From: Ascidiella aspersa | Lineage: Eukaryota | DNA length: 64,000 nucleotides | NCBI GenBank assembly: GCA_963924565.1 | Contig: OZ004607.1 | Span: 35,960,001 to 36,024,000, forward strand | Direction of reading: 5' to 3' | In this document: positions 27,521 through 39,620 of the stretch, piece by piece | Numbering within the stretch: position 1 is the stretch's first letter | Layout: each line of letters opens with the position of its first letter | Notes under the pieces: model-generated | Told to the model about the DNA's origin: nothing | Databases searched by the model: none | The model's input: the letters and a program-made list of their open reading frames with translations, nothing else | Position numbers and translations under genes: made by a program

Positions 27521-28674
27521 AAAAAACAAAGTACTTTGTTTTATTCAATAAAAGTTAAGTAGCCCTCCAACATAAAGTCACTCTTCAAATCTTAGCTATA
27601 GTTTTGCCGTCGAATCGCGTTTTTAATTTCGCTTAAAGTCGTTTCTGAATGCATTGGAAAAATAGCAACTTTTCAAAACGAAAACCTCATAAAAAAGGTA
27701 TCTCTATAGTAAAATCACTCTACAGAAACGTTTGCTGCCAGGTACACTGTTTTGCAGTTACCCACGTGTCATTTGTGTCGTGACAAAGACGACCTTTTCA
27801 GCTTAGCTAAGACCTTGAGAAATTTGTGCAAAGGTGCAATTGCCCAAAGAGCTGTTCCAACTTATGTCTTTCTTCTAGCAAACAAACGACAAACGATTGA
27901 CTGATTTTATCTGGCGCATTTTTATCAACGCTTTCTGCATTTTTAACGCACGTCCATCAACGTAATCTTCAGAAGTCAAGTTGCTTTCTGCAAACAGCCT
28001 TTTAACATTACTCGTAAAACTCTAACTGCCATTCTAACGCGATAAAAACACTAAAAAGCTAAAAATGCGACCTTAAACTTTCAGTTGTGATATGAAACGT
28101 AACGGAGAGGTCACGCCGGCAGAGCAAAAACGCGATCTAAAAAAATTCCGGCAGATCTTTTCAGACAGATAATCAAAACGTTGCTAACTTTGTGGCAAGG
28201 CTAAGTCCGCTTCGAGATACTATCTTCTAATGCCGAACATAGACTGCAACATCCTTGCGTGGGCCGCGTGTTGCACGTTGGGCTTGTTGGCACGCACAAA
28301 ACGCTCAAAATGCACAAAATGAGCTAAACGTTTCTTCCTCTGTATGTGCACACCTGATGGTTTCAAAACAGAGACCGCAAGATTGGGTAAAGTTTTAGGG
28401 TTGACTTGTACCCTATTGGGCGTACTTTTAATGTAGGCCGACAATTTGGGGAATCGCGCATGGGAATAAATTTTGTATTTATACTTGAAATCCCCGGCGA
28501 TGACGAGAGATCCCTGACGAAGGACATAACATAATATTGTACGGCTTATTGTTTTAAAATAAAGGGTAAACGGAAAATAAATTTACAAAGCATCTCTATT
28601 AGATTATTATATTGAAACGATTAAGGAAATTTTTACCGGTTAGATTAAGTTTCTTCTGTCGTGGATTTAAAAGA

Positions 28675-28808
28675 GGAAGGAAAAAACTACACTAAAAAAA
28701 GAGGAAAATTATATTGAAAAATGAGGAACAAACTATACTGGAAAAGAAGGAAAAAACTATACTGGAAAATAAGGAAAAAACTATACTGGAAAATGAGGAA
28801 AAAAACAC
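28675..28808. repeat. Minisatellite, about 21-bp unit
   Basis: About 6 copies of AGGAAAAAACTATACTGGAAAAT-like units. Confidence 0.85.
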
Positions 28809-29307
28809 ACCAGTGTTTTAGTTGCGCGTGTAACATTTTAATCAGTAACCTCAGTGGTTTACAGTAACCCCAATGTCATGTTGAAACCCCCTAAAAAAAC
28901 ACGCTCATTTTCGGCGCACGGGAGAAATAGGTTTGTCGGTCGTTTCTGCGAAGAACCAGCGCAGAGTTGCCTGGCAGCGGAAAACGAACAAATGTTTCGC
29001 GCTTCCTCGCGTTCAAACCAAAGATCGATGGTCGCGTCGGACTCAAGCAGATCAACAAACCCAGGATGCCCGTACGTACCCTTCCCATAACCCCCTACAC
29101 CTGGGTGCGCGGCTAAATTCGTATTCCAGCGCGTGTTGTGAGGATGCTGGGTTGTAACGTAGGTGAGGCTTTGTTGGTTGGAAGAGCGTATAGTTGTGTG
29201 ACGGTGCAAATTGGGAGGTGGGAAGTACTGTTTGTTCCTGCTATGCTATCCTATAGTGACGTTCGTGCCACTCACAATTTGCAACTGTCAAAGCGCACAC
29301 TTAAGAG

Positions 29308-29482
29308 CAGGGGTTCTTAACCTGCCCTAGTTTTTACCCCTTGGTAGCACGTGAACTAGTTTTAGGGGACAATGAATGCCCATTTGAAATATTAGTGTAT
29401 ACTTAACAAGTAATCAACTTTTCAAAGAAAACATTTCAATTAAAAATAAAACGGATTTGCACTGAATGCATTCAGACTCCAA
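29308..29482. mobile_element. Truncated hAT-type MITE
   Basis: CAGGGGTTCTTAACC start; body aligns with 43216-43380 (TTGAAATATTAGTG..AATTAAAAATAAAACG..CACTGAATG..AGACTCCA). Confidence 0.7.
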
Positions 29483-29804
29483 CCATGTGACGAAAATTAC
29501 CTTAAAACCAGCACACAAGCCTTGTATCCTACTGCAAAGCACTGCACAACGGGAGAAAAGTATTCTAATGCAGTTTCCCACTGCCAATGCTTGAAGAGCC
29601 TTTCTCCGTTCGGTGCTAAAATGCCAAGGACGGAAAGTTTGCAATTGAATCAATTCCACCGACAGAATCCTGCCCTTTGCCCGGCAATTGGTGCCAAGAA
29701 CGCGGCAAAATCGCGTCGATTTTCGTCCCAAATCGCGCACCTGACCTATGGGGTTACGTGGCCCCAAAGGCTTTGCCATTTAAGGCGGAAACTATTACCC
29801 TACG

Positions 29805-29817
29805 GGGTCACAGGTCA
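29805..29817 (+). promoter_or_regulatory. Perfect nuclear-receptor DR1 element
   Basis: GGGTCA-c-AGGTCA; an additional TGACCT lies about 60 bp upstream. Confidence 0.45.
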
Positions 29818-30351
29818 ACAGCTGGCCAACCATAAAGACTACTTTCTCTTGTGGTTGGTTTGGCGAATAACAAGTGCATAATGCGTCACAGTGTGCATAT
29901 GTCAAGTAAATATGAACCCAACGAATTTCTATTTCGGAGAATAAACTTGCACTAGGAGCGTCAGAAATGTTCATTGATCAAGCATTTGATCTTTACCCCC
30001 ACCTGGCGGAAAATTATTTCCAATTTTTTACACCTGTACTTCAAAAAAACGTAGACTTTGGTCAGCAAAATCGTTCCACCTTGAATGGTAATTTTTTTAT
30101 ATTTAAAAGTATTAAACTTGCATCCCTCTGAAAATTAAGGCAGTTTTACATAAATTGTTCTTGTTAAATTTTGAAATATCATCTCTCCTTCTGTTCATTT
30201 AGAACAATTCAACATTAAAACAGCGATCTAACGACAATGATTTGAACAAAAAAAGAACAAAATCAAACCAAGAAAAATTTGGGTATATTAAATCTATTGA
30301 ATTTTTAATTTAACACTTTCGGCTCAAATCGGTATGCTTCTATATGTACAT

Positions 30352-30659
30352 GCCACAGTGCTTTGAAAAAACACCTCTTACCGCCTAAAACAGGAAACAC
30401 ACGATACACCGCTTAAGCAATTGCTTACCGGATTATAAATGAACCTGCGAACTGGCAGCATCTTTCCGACTGAGGTCCAGTTTCCTTTTGTTATAACTTT
30501 TGTTATAATTACACGCCACAGTGCTTTGAAAAAACAGTTCTTACCGCCTGAAACAGGCAAGATAGCCTTACATCACTAGAGCAATTGCTTACCGGATTAT
30601 AAATGAACCTGTGAACTGGAAGCATCTTTCCGACCGAGGTCCAGTTTCCTTGTGTTATA
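30352..30659. repeat. Tandem duplication, period 163 bp
   Basis: GCCACAGTGCTTTGAAAAAACA ... GAGGTCCAGTTTCCTT..GTTATA at 30352 and 30515. Confidence 0.9.
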
Positions 30660-32805
30660 TGTCTTCTCTCGTTTTCGCCCATGTTGTTGACCGAAGTATA
30701 GGTAAAGGCATGAGATACAGAGGTCAAATACAGAACCAAGTAAAGCAGTTTTACGTGCATTGTGATTTATCAGGATTTAAAAACAATACTAAACGTAATC
30801 AGTCTGCAAGGAGAAATCAATGTCACGTCAATATTTGAGAAACGATTTTCCGACTTTCGCCTGAATTTATTTCTTTCGCTTTCTATAACAAACGCTTAAA
30901 TTTCGGTATTTTTTGTTTGTTTGTATTTTCTAATTCAGTGAACGTTGTATATTAATCGAGAGTTTGGCAAATTCTTCTCGGAATTGGACACATTTTTGAA
31001 TCAGTTGACAAAACGGATAAACAAGTATTTCTCTAAAAGCGGTTTAAAATTCTCCAGAGAAAACTTCTGACAATAAATTTGCAATTTGACATCAACAAAA
31101 TTTATGACTGAAATTGCAATACGAGCAAAATTGTCCAAAATGATTCACATTTTACTCGTTTGCCAAAACTAATCAGCTTAAAACACCGACAAAAAATCAA
31201 GTCTGTCAGCATATCGGCCCCTCATCAATCACTGACGATTACATAAAACTTTATCGGATCAAGACACAATAAAATGCGCCACGACGGTATGCCACCAAAG
31301 CAGTCTCCTTGACGCAAAGCAACCATGGAGGAACTGCAATTGAACGGCGTTTAGATCACGTAGCCCCTACGAGTCAGGTCTCATGTAAAACAACCTCTCT
31401 CCGGCGAATATGCAATTCTCAACATGCAGCCTGGCTAAACTATAGCAAACATGCTATACTTTACTGAAACGACGCTACCTCTAACATGACGAAAACGCTG
31501 AAAGCTGCAGCTCAACTTTGAGCACCGATATACAGTTGTTGGTAAACAAGGGGCAATGGTAGTCTCGAAAGTTCACCTTAACTGTACTGGTTTAAAAAGC
31601 TTTTTACCTGAATTAACACGATGTCCGTTACGCTAAGACTTAACTTAGCTAAGTTTTGTTTGCTGCTTGCTGATAGTACCTTTTCATTAAGCCGGGTCGC
31701 TTGGAACAATAATGTCCATATTTTAACCTTGATTTTACTTTAATATCAATAGAAAAGTTACACAATGCAGCAGAATCCACATAAAGCGACAAAAATGCTG
31801 AAAAGGGCATGTGCTTGTTGTACAGGCGGGATACACTACAAAAACGGTATGTTCGGTATGCCCAGGGCGACATAACTTCAAGTTAAAATGCCCAGGGTAA
31901 CGGTATTAGAAACTAAGCCGCAGTGCTGTTTCACGGTTTTTAACCTTTCGGCGCTGCAAGCCTGAATTGACACAACAAACCGTTTAAATCCTCGACACGA
32001 CTTATGCGAGTGATTGAGAGAAGAAAAGTCAAAATACGATGCACGTATAACTGCGCTAGTCCGCATATAACCGTGTACACAAACGCACCGCCAATTCCAA
32101 ATTAGGATGCGCGAATAATCAGTCAAGTTCAACTGTAAACATAACAACTCTCGCGACCAAAATTCGTATGTTTATGCAAAACTAGATTTCTCGGAACAGT
32201 GCCTTGTCTATACAAATCCAAATCGACGACAAAAGAATAATGACAAAAATTGGAAATCAATCGCTATCGGTTTAAACTCAGGCAAAAATCTATTCTTGAG
32301 GTCAAATTAAAACAAACGATATCGATAAAATCTTACCACCAAACCAGATTTCTAGATATATAAATTAATAGAAATGAACCGATAGCTGAACAACTTGACG
32401 ATCTTTTATCGTACAAAGACAAAAATGCCAATAAAACCATCGTAGAAATTTAGTATAACGTTGGATGCTAGCATCGACTGCAACGAAAGCTCACCGCATA
32501 AAGGCCGTAATTTTTTTACGTGTACAAATTTTAAACTACAAACTGCAACCAGGTACCCTAAAACAACCAAACTGCATAGAGAGTGCAGCAAAAGAGCACC
32601 GCCCTTCGCGCACTCCAAAGCCATGCTTAAAATATATTGCTGACTATACATTCAAGGGATGATGAGCGTGGAATTTGGAGTGTTTGAACGTTTTAAAAGC
32701 GTTAGGCTCGCCCAACTGAATCGAAAGCAAAACCACACACCGCTAGTTTTCGTGTGGTGACGTTGAATATCCGCCGAGTCGGAAACCTAGTTTTGGGTTA
32801 GTACT

Positions 32806-33118
32806 GTAATGCTAAATTATACATTTTACTTGGTTTTATTTCACTTTGTCGTTTTTGTTGAATCCACTTCACCTCAATTTATTTGTTCTGTTGCCTTTCT
32901 ACTTTTGGTCACTAATTCTTTTCCGCCTTTGTTTTAATGCTAAAGGGCAATTCCTTACTTTTGCAACTGCTGAAAGTTTTTGACGTTGTGTGATACAGTG
33001 CAGTTGGTTTAATGAGCAAGCGAGCTATAGCGTTGGCGTCGTGCCACACGGCCATTCTGACGATTAATACTAATGTTCAATTTGCGTGCGACATCCGGTC
33101 GGTCAAGCAGAGAATGAA
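32806..33118 (-). repeat. Unclassified dispersed repeat of about 330 bp, copy 1
   Basis: Reverse complement aligns with 52335-52453 plus 53292-53555, and with 58452-58808 (e.g. TAGAAAGGCAACAGAA..CAAA..TGAGGT..GAAGTG). Confidence 0.8.
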
Positions 33119-35106
33119 AGAAACAAAACGCAACATAATAATCTAAAGATTGTCGGATATAAAGGGCTAACAAGCGAAAAGACACCAAACCAACGTCACC
33201 TGTTCATGTTTTTTTCAGGTTTCTTTCTTTGCGCTAGAACTATTGCAGAAAAAATAACTTGAAGCAAAATGAAAAAAAAAAACATAATTTACGTTAGCCG
33301 TATGATGCTTTTGAGTTTTTTTTATGGACATCTATATTATAACATACAGAAGTAGAAAACATTCCTAAATGTTTTTAAACAAATATTTTTGAAAACATTT
33401 TCTAAAAAATCGCCTAATGATGTTATCCTTTTCTGTATGGTATTGTTAAAATCACGGCAAAACTGCATCTTGTATCTGAATTTTAGCCGGCGCTTTTTCC
33501 GCTGGATTTCGAAACACTGTGGTTGTCAGGAAAACTAATTAAACGCCCAACCTTTAAGTACTGTGCAATACTAAAAATCTCACTTATACTTTTCGCAAAA
33601 CAATTTGAAACGTACAGCAAAAACTTTGAACGCTCCGTACGTTTCTAAGCTGCCTCTATATAGTTCGAAATACACATGACCTAGCTCTGAGCTATCTACT
33701 GGCGAATCGTGATCAAGTCTTGGACCCACCGCGACGATCTACAACACCTTGTAGAAAAAGAGACGCGGGCGCTGTCGCCTTTATGGTGAGATAACTCGTC
33801 ACCGCCGCTACTGCTGCTTTACAAACCACACACTTGAGGTTGACGACCTCTCGCTCGCAGACATGACAGGGCGCATTACAGGTGACCGCCATTACACCAT
33901 CGCGGCGCGGTTATGCCGAGCGCTATACCTGTTAAATTTAGCTGCCGATTTACTGTGGGAACTGTGCGTTTTCAGCGCTCTTTTCCGCGGCCGCAAAAAC
34001 AGCGTGGGAAAAATTAATCCGACCGATTTTGACACTTTGTAACAATCCAAAGTGCCCGATTCGATCTTTCTCCATACTTGACAAATACCTGCGAACGCAA
34101 CTATTTTAAGCGAAAACAAGAAGCGAGCATCAATGCAGCCGCGAACTGGCGGAGAATTAAGTCCAGCCGTTTGGCCCAAATGTAAGCAATTAAAACTGTT
34201 AGTTTCGCGAAATGAAAACCGTTGAAAATGAGTCTCAAGCGCCTTTCCGAGTTAAAGATTCACGTTTTCCATTCACCTTTTTGTCGAAATGATCGCCCGC
34301 ATCGCAACAAATAGGAGACAAGGCCATCAAGAAAACAATAGGACCTTTTTCAACACTTTGAGCGGTCGATTTCGAGATGCAAATCACAAATGCAAATCCT
34401 GCATAGTGAAACGCTTCCATCAGCGGCCCCATCGCTTAAACTTTATCAGATTACGACAAAATGCGATTTCGACACGGTATAGCACTTTATACACACTCGC
34501 ATGCCCGGAAAATCCTATCTTCTTACATTAGCGTGAACACCGGTTCGACAGGAGCTCTATATACAATGCACACTCGAGCTGTGTTTGACTTTAACCCTTA
34601 AGATTTTTTTCGTTCTGTTGAAGCGGTAACGGGGCCTGGTGAAATCTAATTATGAGGGCTGCTTCGCAAAGAAACGGTGGGTCTCGGTTGGCGCCCAGAC
34701 AGCGAGACATTCTATTTCCACAGAGCTTATATATTTGCTCTTACACAGAAGGCAACCGCCTGACTCTCTAACCTTAAGAAAATTGAAAACGCTGGATCGG
34801 TTTGGCAAGCCGCAGCCGACCAAGAGACGCTATACATGGCACGGAACACACACCTTGACTAACAGCCATCTTAGTAATGTGGTAGTACACAATATGTCCA
34901 GTACACCTATAGGCAAAAATTGCCCGAGAATACATACGAAATGCGCAATGACATCAGTTATGTAAAACTGGTTATGTGTGTAGATGTAAAATGTAGGCCT
35001 TACGGGACAGTAAGACTAAGATAAACCCGTTGTTTTATAATTGTGTAAAAGCGCAACAAACCCAGCTCCAACTATAATCGTCTTGCGTACCAAACACAGG
35101 TTGCAG

Positions 35107-35370
35107 CAGTGATTCCCAAACAGTGCGCCGCGGCAGTTTCTCAAGTCTGCTGCGTAACCTTTCGTTATTTTGAAACATAACTTATTTCCATTACAAATAG
35201 GCATGCAGGCAAGCATGTGAGAATTGAATACACACTATCTATTAGAAAACTGATAATATTATAGTACATTTATCTAGTGCCTTGATATGCATAAAGGGCG
35301 ATTCACAAGTTATAAAACCGTTGTTTTATAAAAAAGTGTGCCGCCTATATAATTTTTGATTTCTTTACTA
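35107..35370. mobile_element. Truncated hAT-type MITE
   Basis: CAGTGATTCCCAAAC start with GCCGC subterminal motifs, and GTGTGCCGC near 35340; second TIR not found. Confidence 0.5.
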
Positions 35371-37349
35371 TAACACAAGCTAAAAGAGTTTTTACTGCTT
35401 TTCAGGCTATAGGTAACAGATCGCCTAAAATTGCGCTTGAAAAACGAAAATTAAACCTCTCGGAAAATGCGAGCGATCCTCTCGGACAACTTCTACCGAA
35501 ATCCGACTGTTCGTTATTTGATAAAAGTCCTGGAAATAGCTGCAACTGCGCAAGGGAAATTATCCGCATTCTATCGGGCCATATGAAGCAGGTTTACACG
35601 GCTACTTCAAAAATCGTCGAATAGGATCCCTTTAAAAACACGCCTTTGGCCTTTTTCAGTATCCCTATAGCTAAATTAAACGGCAACTTCAAAATCACGT
35701 CAGTGGTGCAAAAATAGAACGGCCAAGGGTGTTGTTGAAGTCTGTAACCTAGCTAAGACGTGTAACATGCGCAAGGCCAGAAAAGGCAACAAATTCTAAG
35801 CTCCTAAGGAATACATATACACAATGTATATTCTCTCATCAAGACCTTCTGGAGTCGTGCTGGCCGACGATATTTTTTTAACAAACTATTGCATTGAGGA
35901 ATACACATTCTCGTAGACGTATACCACAAAACAGCATTATATAAGTAACTGCAAAAAAGCCTTTAAACGCTACATAACCAAAGAATGCCGGTCAACACTC
36001 GGCTCTCTTTCATATATTTCGCTTTGTCGCGTAAAACGGTTTTACCTCACCAAAATATACAGCAATAAACTGCATATAGTTAACAAGATGCGGCAATTTC
36101 TTTTTAGTTCTGATCCCCTTGACACAACAATAGGTTATACGTCACAACGCCTCGAAAGCGCACGATTTTCGCTGGCGAGTGTGACGTAATAGAGGCCGCC
36201 ATTGTTTCGACGCGATGGGCGCGGAACCGCGATTAGGAGCGCGGCAAGCGATCGACAATCGGAAGTTGTTTGTTACGTTTGCCCTTTCGAACACAAGAGC
36301 GCTGTGACGTCATAATCGACAAAGAGCTGTGGTTTTGAAGCAAGGGTTCTGTAAGAGCGCGCAGTTATTTTGGGATTGGGATAAATAAAAACAGTTTTAT
36401 TCGATCGAAACAAAGCTTTAATTAATAAATGTAACGACTGACATTGTAACTTTTGTATACGTATTGCCAGGAGGTCAATAAATTTGTTCAATGGAGGTCA
36501 GTTGTCCGACCCGTTGCCACTATTTGCCCAAATGGAATAAAAACAAAAATATTTATTCGGAAAACGACATATTCCAGTAACTTGAGTCCGAAAACAGGCC
36601 AAGTGTTTTACCGACTGAGCATATGTTCTTATGAAACACATTTTGTATTGTGTTTAAAACAAATGCTGTAATAATTGTGTGGTGCAGGATCGCATTAATT
36701 TTCTATAAGTAGCCTGACCAACCGTATTAAGTAACAACAATGCTTTAATTAAAACAGCAACAACCATAGGCACTAACCTTCGGCCTGCGGCCCAGATATT
36801 AAATCAGTTATTACAGTAAACCGCTCTACACACACACGGTGCACAAATAAGCTTAAATATACATATTTGTTTGGAAAATTTATAACGTCTTTGTCAGGCA
36901 AAAAACACCTTTTTCTACCCGATGTTTTTAGTGACTTTTCCATATGGGTTGTAAACAATTATTGCAATGTGTGAATCCAAGTAGCATTAATTGGGGGCTT
37001 GATTTAGTCTTATCTCAGTAATTCGCTCCACTGTAAAAAATGGTTGATGAGACCTACCCTATTTGTATGAACGTCATTTTAGCGCGATGTACGGCCAAAC
37101 CTCAAAACAAGATTAAATCAATTGGCCTTGACATTCGCGTGAGCTTCGAAAAGTTCACCGATAGGATATTGTCGGAAATGATCTGATTTTAGCAGGTTTA
37201 TCGAGCGTTGAAAATCAGTTTATTTTTGTCCTCACTTACACCGTCCTCATATAAATAAAGGAACTTTTGCCAGAAGTAGCCAGTAAACAAGAGTTCTTTG
37301 AAAAACACAGCAAATTAATAACTAATCACAAGCAAACTGTTAAATATCG

Positions 37350-37941
37350 GTTTTCATTTTTTCCTGCTATAATATTGTCAACAAATCAAGCTAGCTGCAT
37401 AAACCACCAGCTAATTGTAAAATATTTTTTTTATTTTTACCAAATTAACAGAACGCCAAAAACCTTGTTTTCCACTTTTTCCTGCTATAATATTGTCAAC
37501 AAATCAAGCTAGCTGCATAAACCACCAGCTAATTGTAAAATATTTTTTTTATTTTTACCAAATTAACAGAACGCCAAAAACCTTGTTTTCTACTTTTTCC
37601 TACTATAATATTGTCAACAAATCAAGCTAGCTGCATAAACCACCAGCTAATTGTAAAATATTTTTTTTATTTTTACCAAATTAACAGAACGCCAAAAACC
37701 TTGTTTTCCACTTTTTCCTACTATAATATTGTCAACGATTTACGCTAGCCGCATAAACGACCAGCTAATTGTAAAATATTTTTTTTATTTTTACCAAATT
37801 AACAGAACGCCAAAAACCTTGTTTTCCACTTTTTCCTACTATAATATTGTCAACGATTTACGCTAGCCGCATAAACGACCAGTAAAAAAAAAAATTATCA
37901 GAAACACTAACATCAGCAAATCGACAGAACGGCGAAAACCT
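37350..37941. repeat. 118-bp tandem satellite, about 4.5 near-identical copies plus a decayed end
   Basis: Unit registers at 37363, 37481, 37599, 37717 and 37835. Confidence 0.95.
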
Positions 37942-38276
37942 CGGGATGCAAAAACAAATCCGGGTTTGGGTAATTAGAGAAATTTGATTAAAAAACCATA
38001 AACAAAGCCTGGAGCTCCAATTAGGGAGCTAACTCTGAGCTTCGTGCAACCAAAGCAATTACTTTTCAAAACATAACTCGCTGAAGCAGAAACCACTGCA
38101 GTACATTACCGGCACAAAAATAGGTTTGTAGGTTTTGGCTACTTCCTTTTCCAACAGATAATAAAGCTATTTTTTCACGCTAAAACCAAATATTTTTCAA
38201 CAATGCCAACGCAAATCAGATAAAGTTCACTTTTTTCGGGTGAAAACAAAAGTAATGCAATAAGATTGGAAATTAC

Positions 38277-38564
38277 TAGGGGCAATATTTTTTGACCTAA
38301 AAATAAGCAAATTTGACCTATAAAATCAAAACTTGGCAAAATTTGACTACCATTTTTTTGGCACCTATCAAAGAAAAAAATACTATTGACCTATCAAAAA
38401 ATAGGGATTTAAACGAGATTGACTTGAAATAATTTTGACAAATTTAGACTTATTTTGCCAAATAAAAAAATAATCGCAGGTAGTTACAAAACCTTAAATA
38501 TCAAATTTAGGTTTTTACTGCAAGACGTCAAATTGTGATCATCAATCGTAATATAATCGCCCTC
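38277..38564. mobile_element. TAGGG-ended MITE with TTTGACCTA subterminal repeats
   Basis: TAGGGGCAATATTTTTTGACCTAAAAA matches the reverse complement of 52011-52037; distal end ATAATCGCCCT. Confidence 0.6.
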
Positions 38565-39395
38565 AAAAAACCTAATATCAAGGGCAATCCGTCATTCAGG
38601 CTGGAAATCTGTCTGGCAACTTTGATTCGAAACAATGATTTCATTTTAAACGAAACCAAAAGCCTAACAAAACAAACTGTTTTTTTCGAAATTGTTTGAT
38701 GCTGAGGCATTAAAATTCAACTAACAGGCTTTGCTTCGGAACGATGTAGCGTTTAGGACAACCAATCCTCTTTTTTTAATTTCTTAAGGAAGCCCTAACT
38801 TCAAAAGCAATCCGTCATTCTGGGTGAAACTCAACCGGTAGTTGGCAAGTCTTCAGAAAACGAATTCACATTCATATGAACACCGACATTAACCGACTGC
38901 CGCACGGAAGCTATCCCTGATGGAATTGCTAGAACTCGAGACGAGATTTAATCTTTTACAGCTTGGCGAAATTTACACAAGGCGGACGAGATGGGCGAAT
39001 ACGAGGACAAAGCTTCGTCCAAAATATTTCGCGAATGTCATAGGGGGCAAGTAAAAACCGGGATTGGCGAAGATTACCCTGAATAAAAAACGGCGGGATA
39101 GCTACATTTGTGATTTATTAATGCAAAGTACTTTTGCTGACAACACAATCTAACCCAATAAGAATATCCATGCCCATACTTAAGAAGGTATCTTTTGAAC
39201 GTTTTTGAATAATTCCTCATTCATTTTCCACATAGTCCTTTTTCAATATACAATCTAACCTCTTGATGCAGCATCACGCAGTTTTATTGGCAATATAGGC
39301 TTTACCGCCGAAATGCCTTATTGCCAAGAGTGCCGCATTTTTTGAGTTAAGAAAATCACGTAATTCGGTGCGTTTTGTTGCAGAAGAACATGTTT

Positions 39396-39620
39396 TTGAT
39401 AATTAATTGCAAAGAAAAAAGGCCAAGTAGAACGACATCATCTTGATTAAGACGTTTCAATACGAGCTTGTATTATCTTCAGTTATTAATTGATTAACTG
39501 AAGATGTTTTTAACAGAAGATGAACAAGCTCGTATCGAAACGTCTTGAACTCTGGACCCGTTTGGCTGTGCAATTCATTATCAAGCTATACATTACAGAT
39601 CCCGTGCATAAAGTGTACCC
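39396..39620. mobile_element. Palindromic double-hammerhead element (family C)
   Basis: Minus 39490-39444: TAA CTGAAGA T AATAC-AAGCTC-GTATT GAAA CG TC TTA (full core, GUC triplet). Plus arm: TGATTAA CTGAAGA .. AAGCTC GTATC GAAA CG TC TTGA, with a small internal duplication. Outer arms TTGATAATTAATTGCA / TGCAATTCATTATCAA. Confidence 0.85.

Noticed and set aside
28524-28555. CTGACGA A GGACA..TGTAC hammerhead-like start
   Set aside because: No GAAA or cleavage triplet follows.
35962-35984. miR-9-like sequence on the minus strand (TCTTTGGTTATGTAGC, 15 of the first 16 nt match)
   Set aside because: No complementary star arm follows, so no precursor hairpin; at most a target-like site or chance.
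37350-37882. Possible CRISPR-like array
   Set aside because: Whole units repeat with no unique spacers; eukaryotic context; no cas genes.
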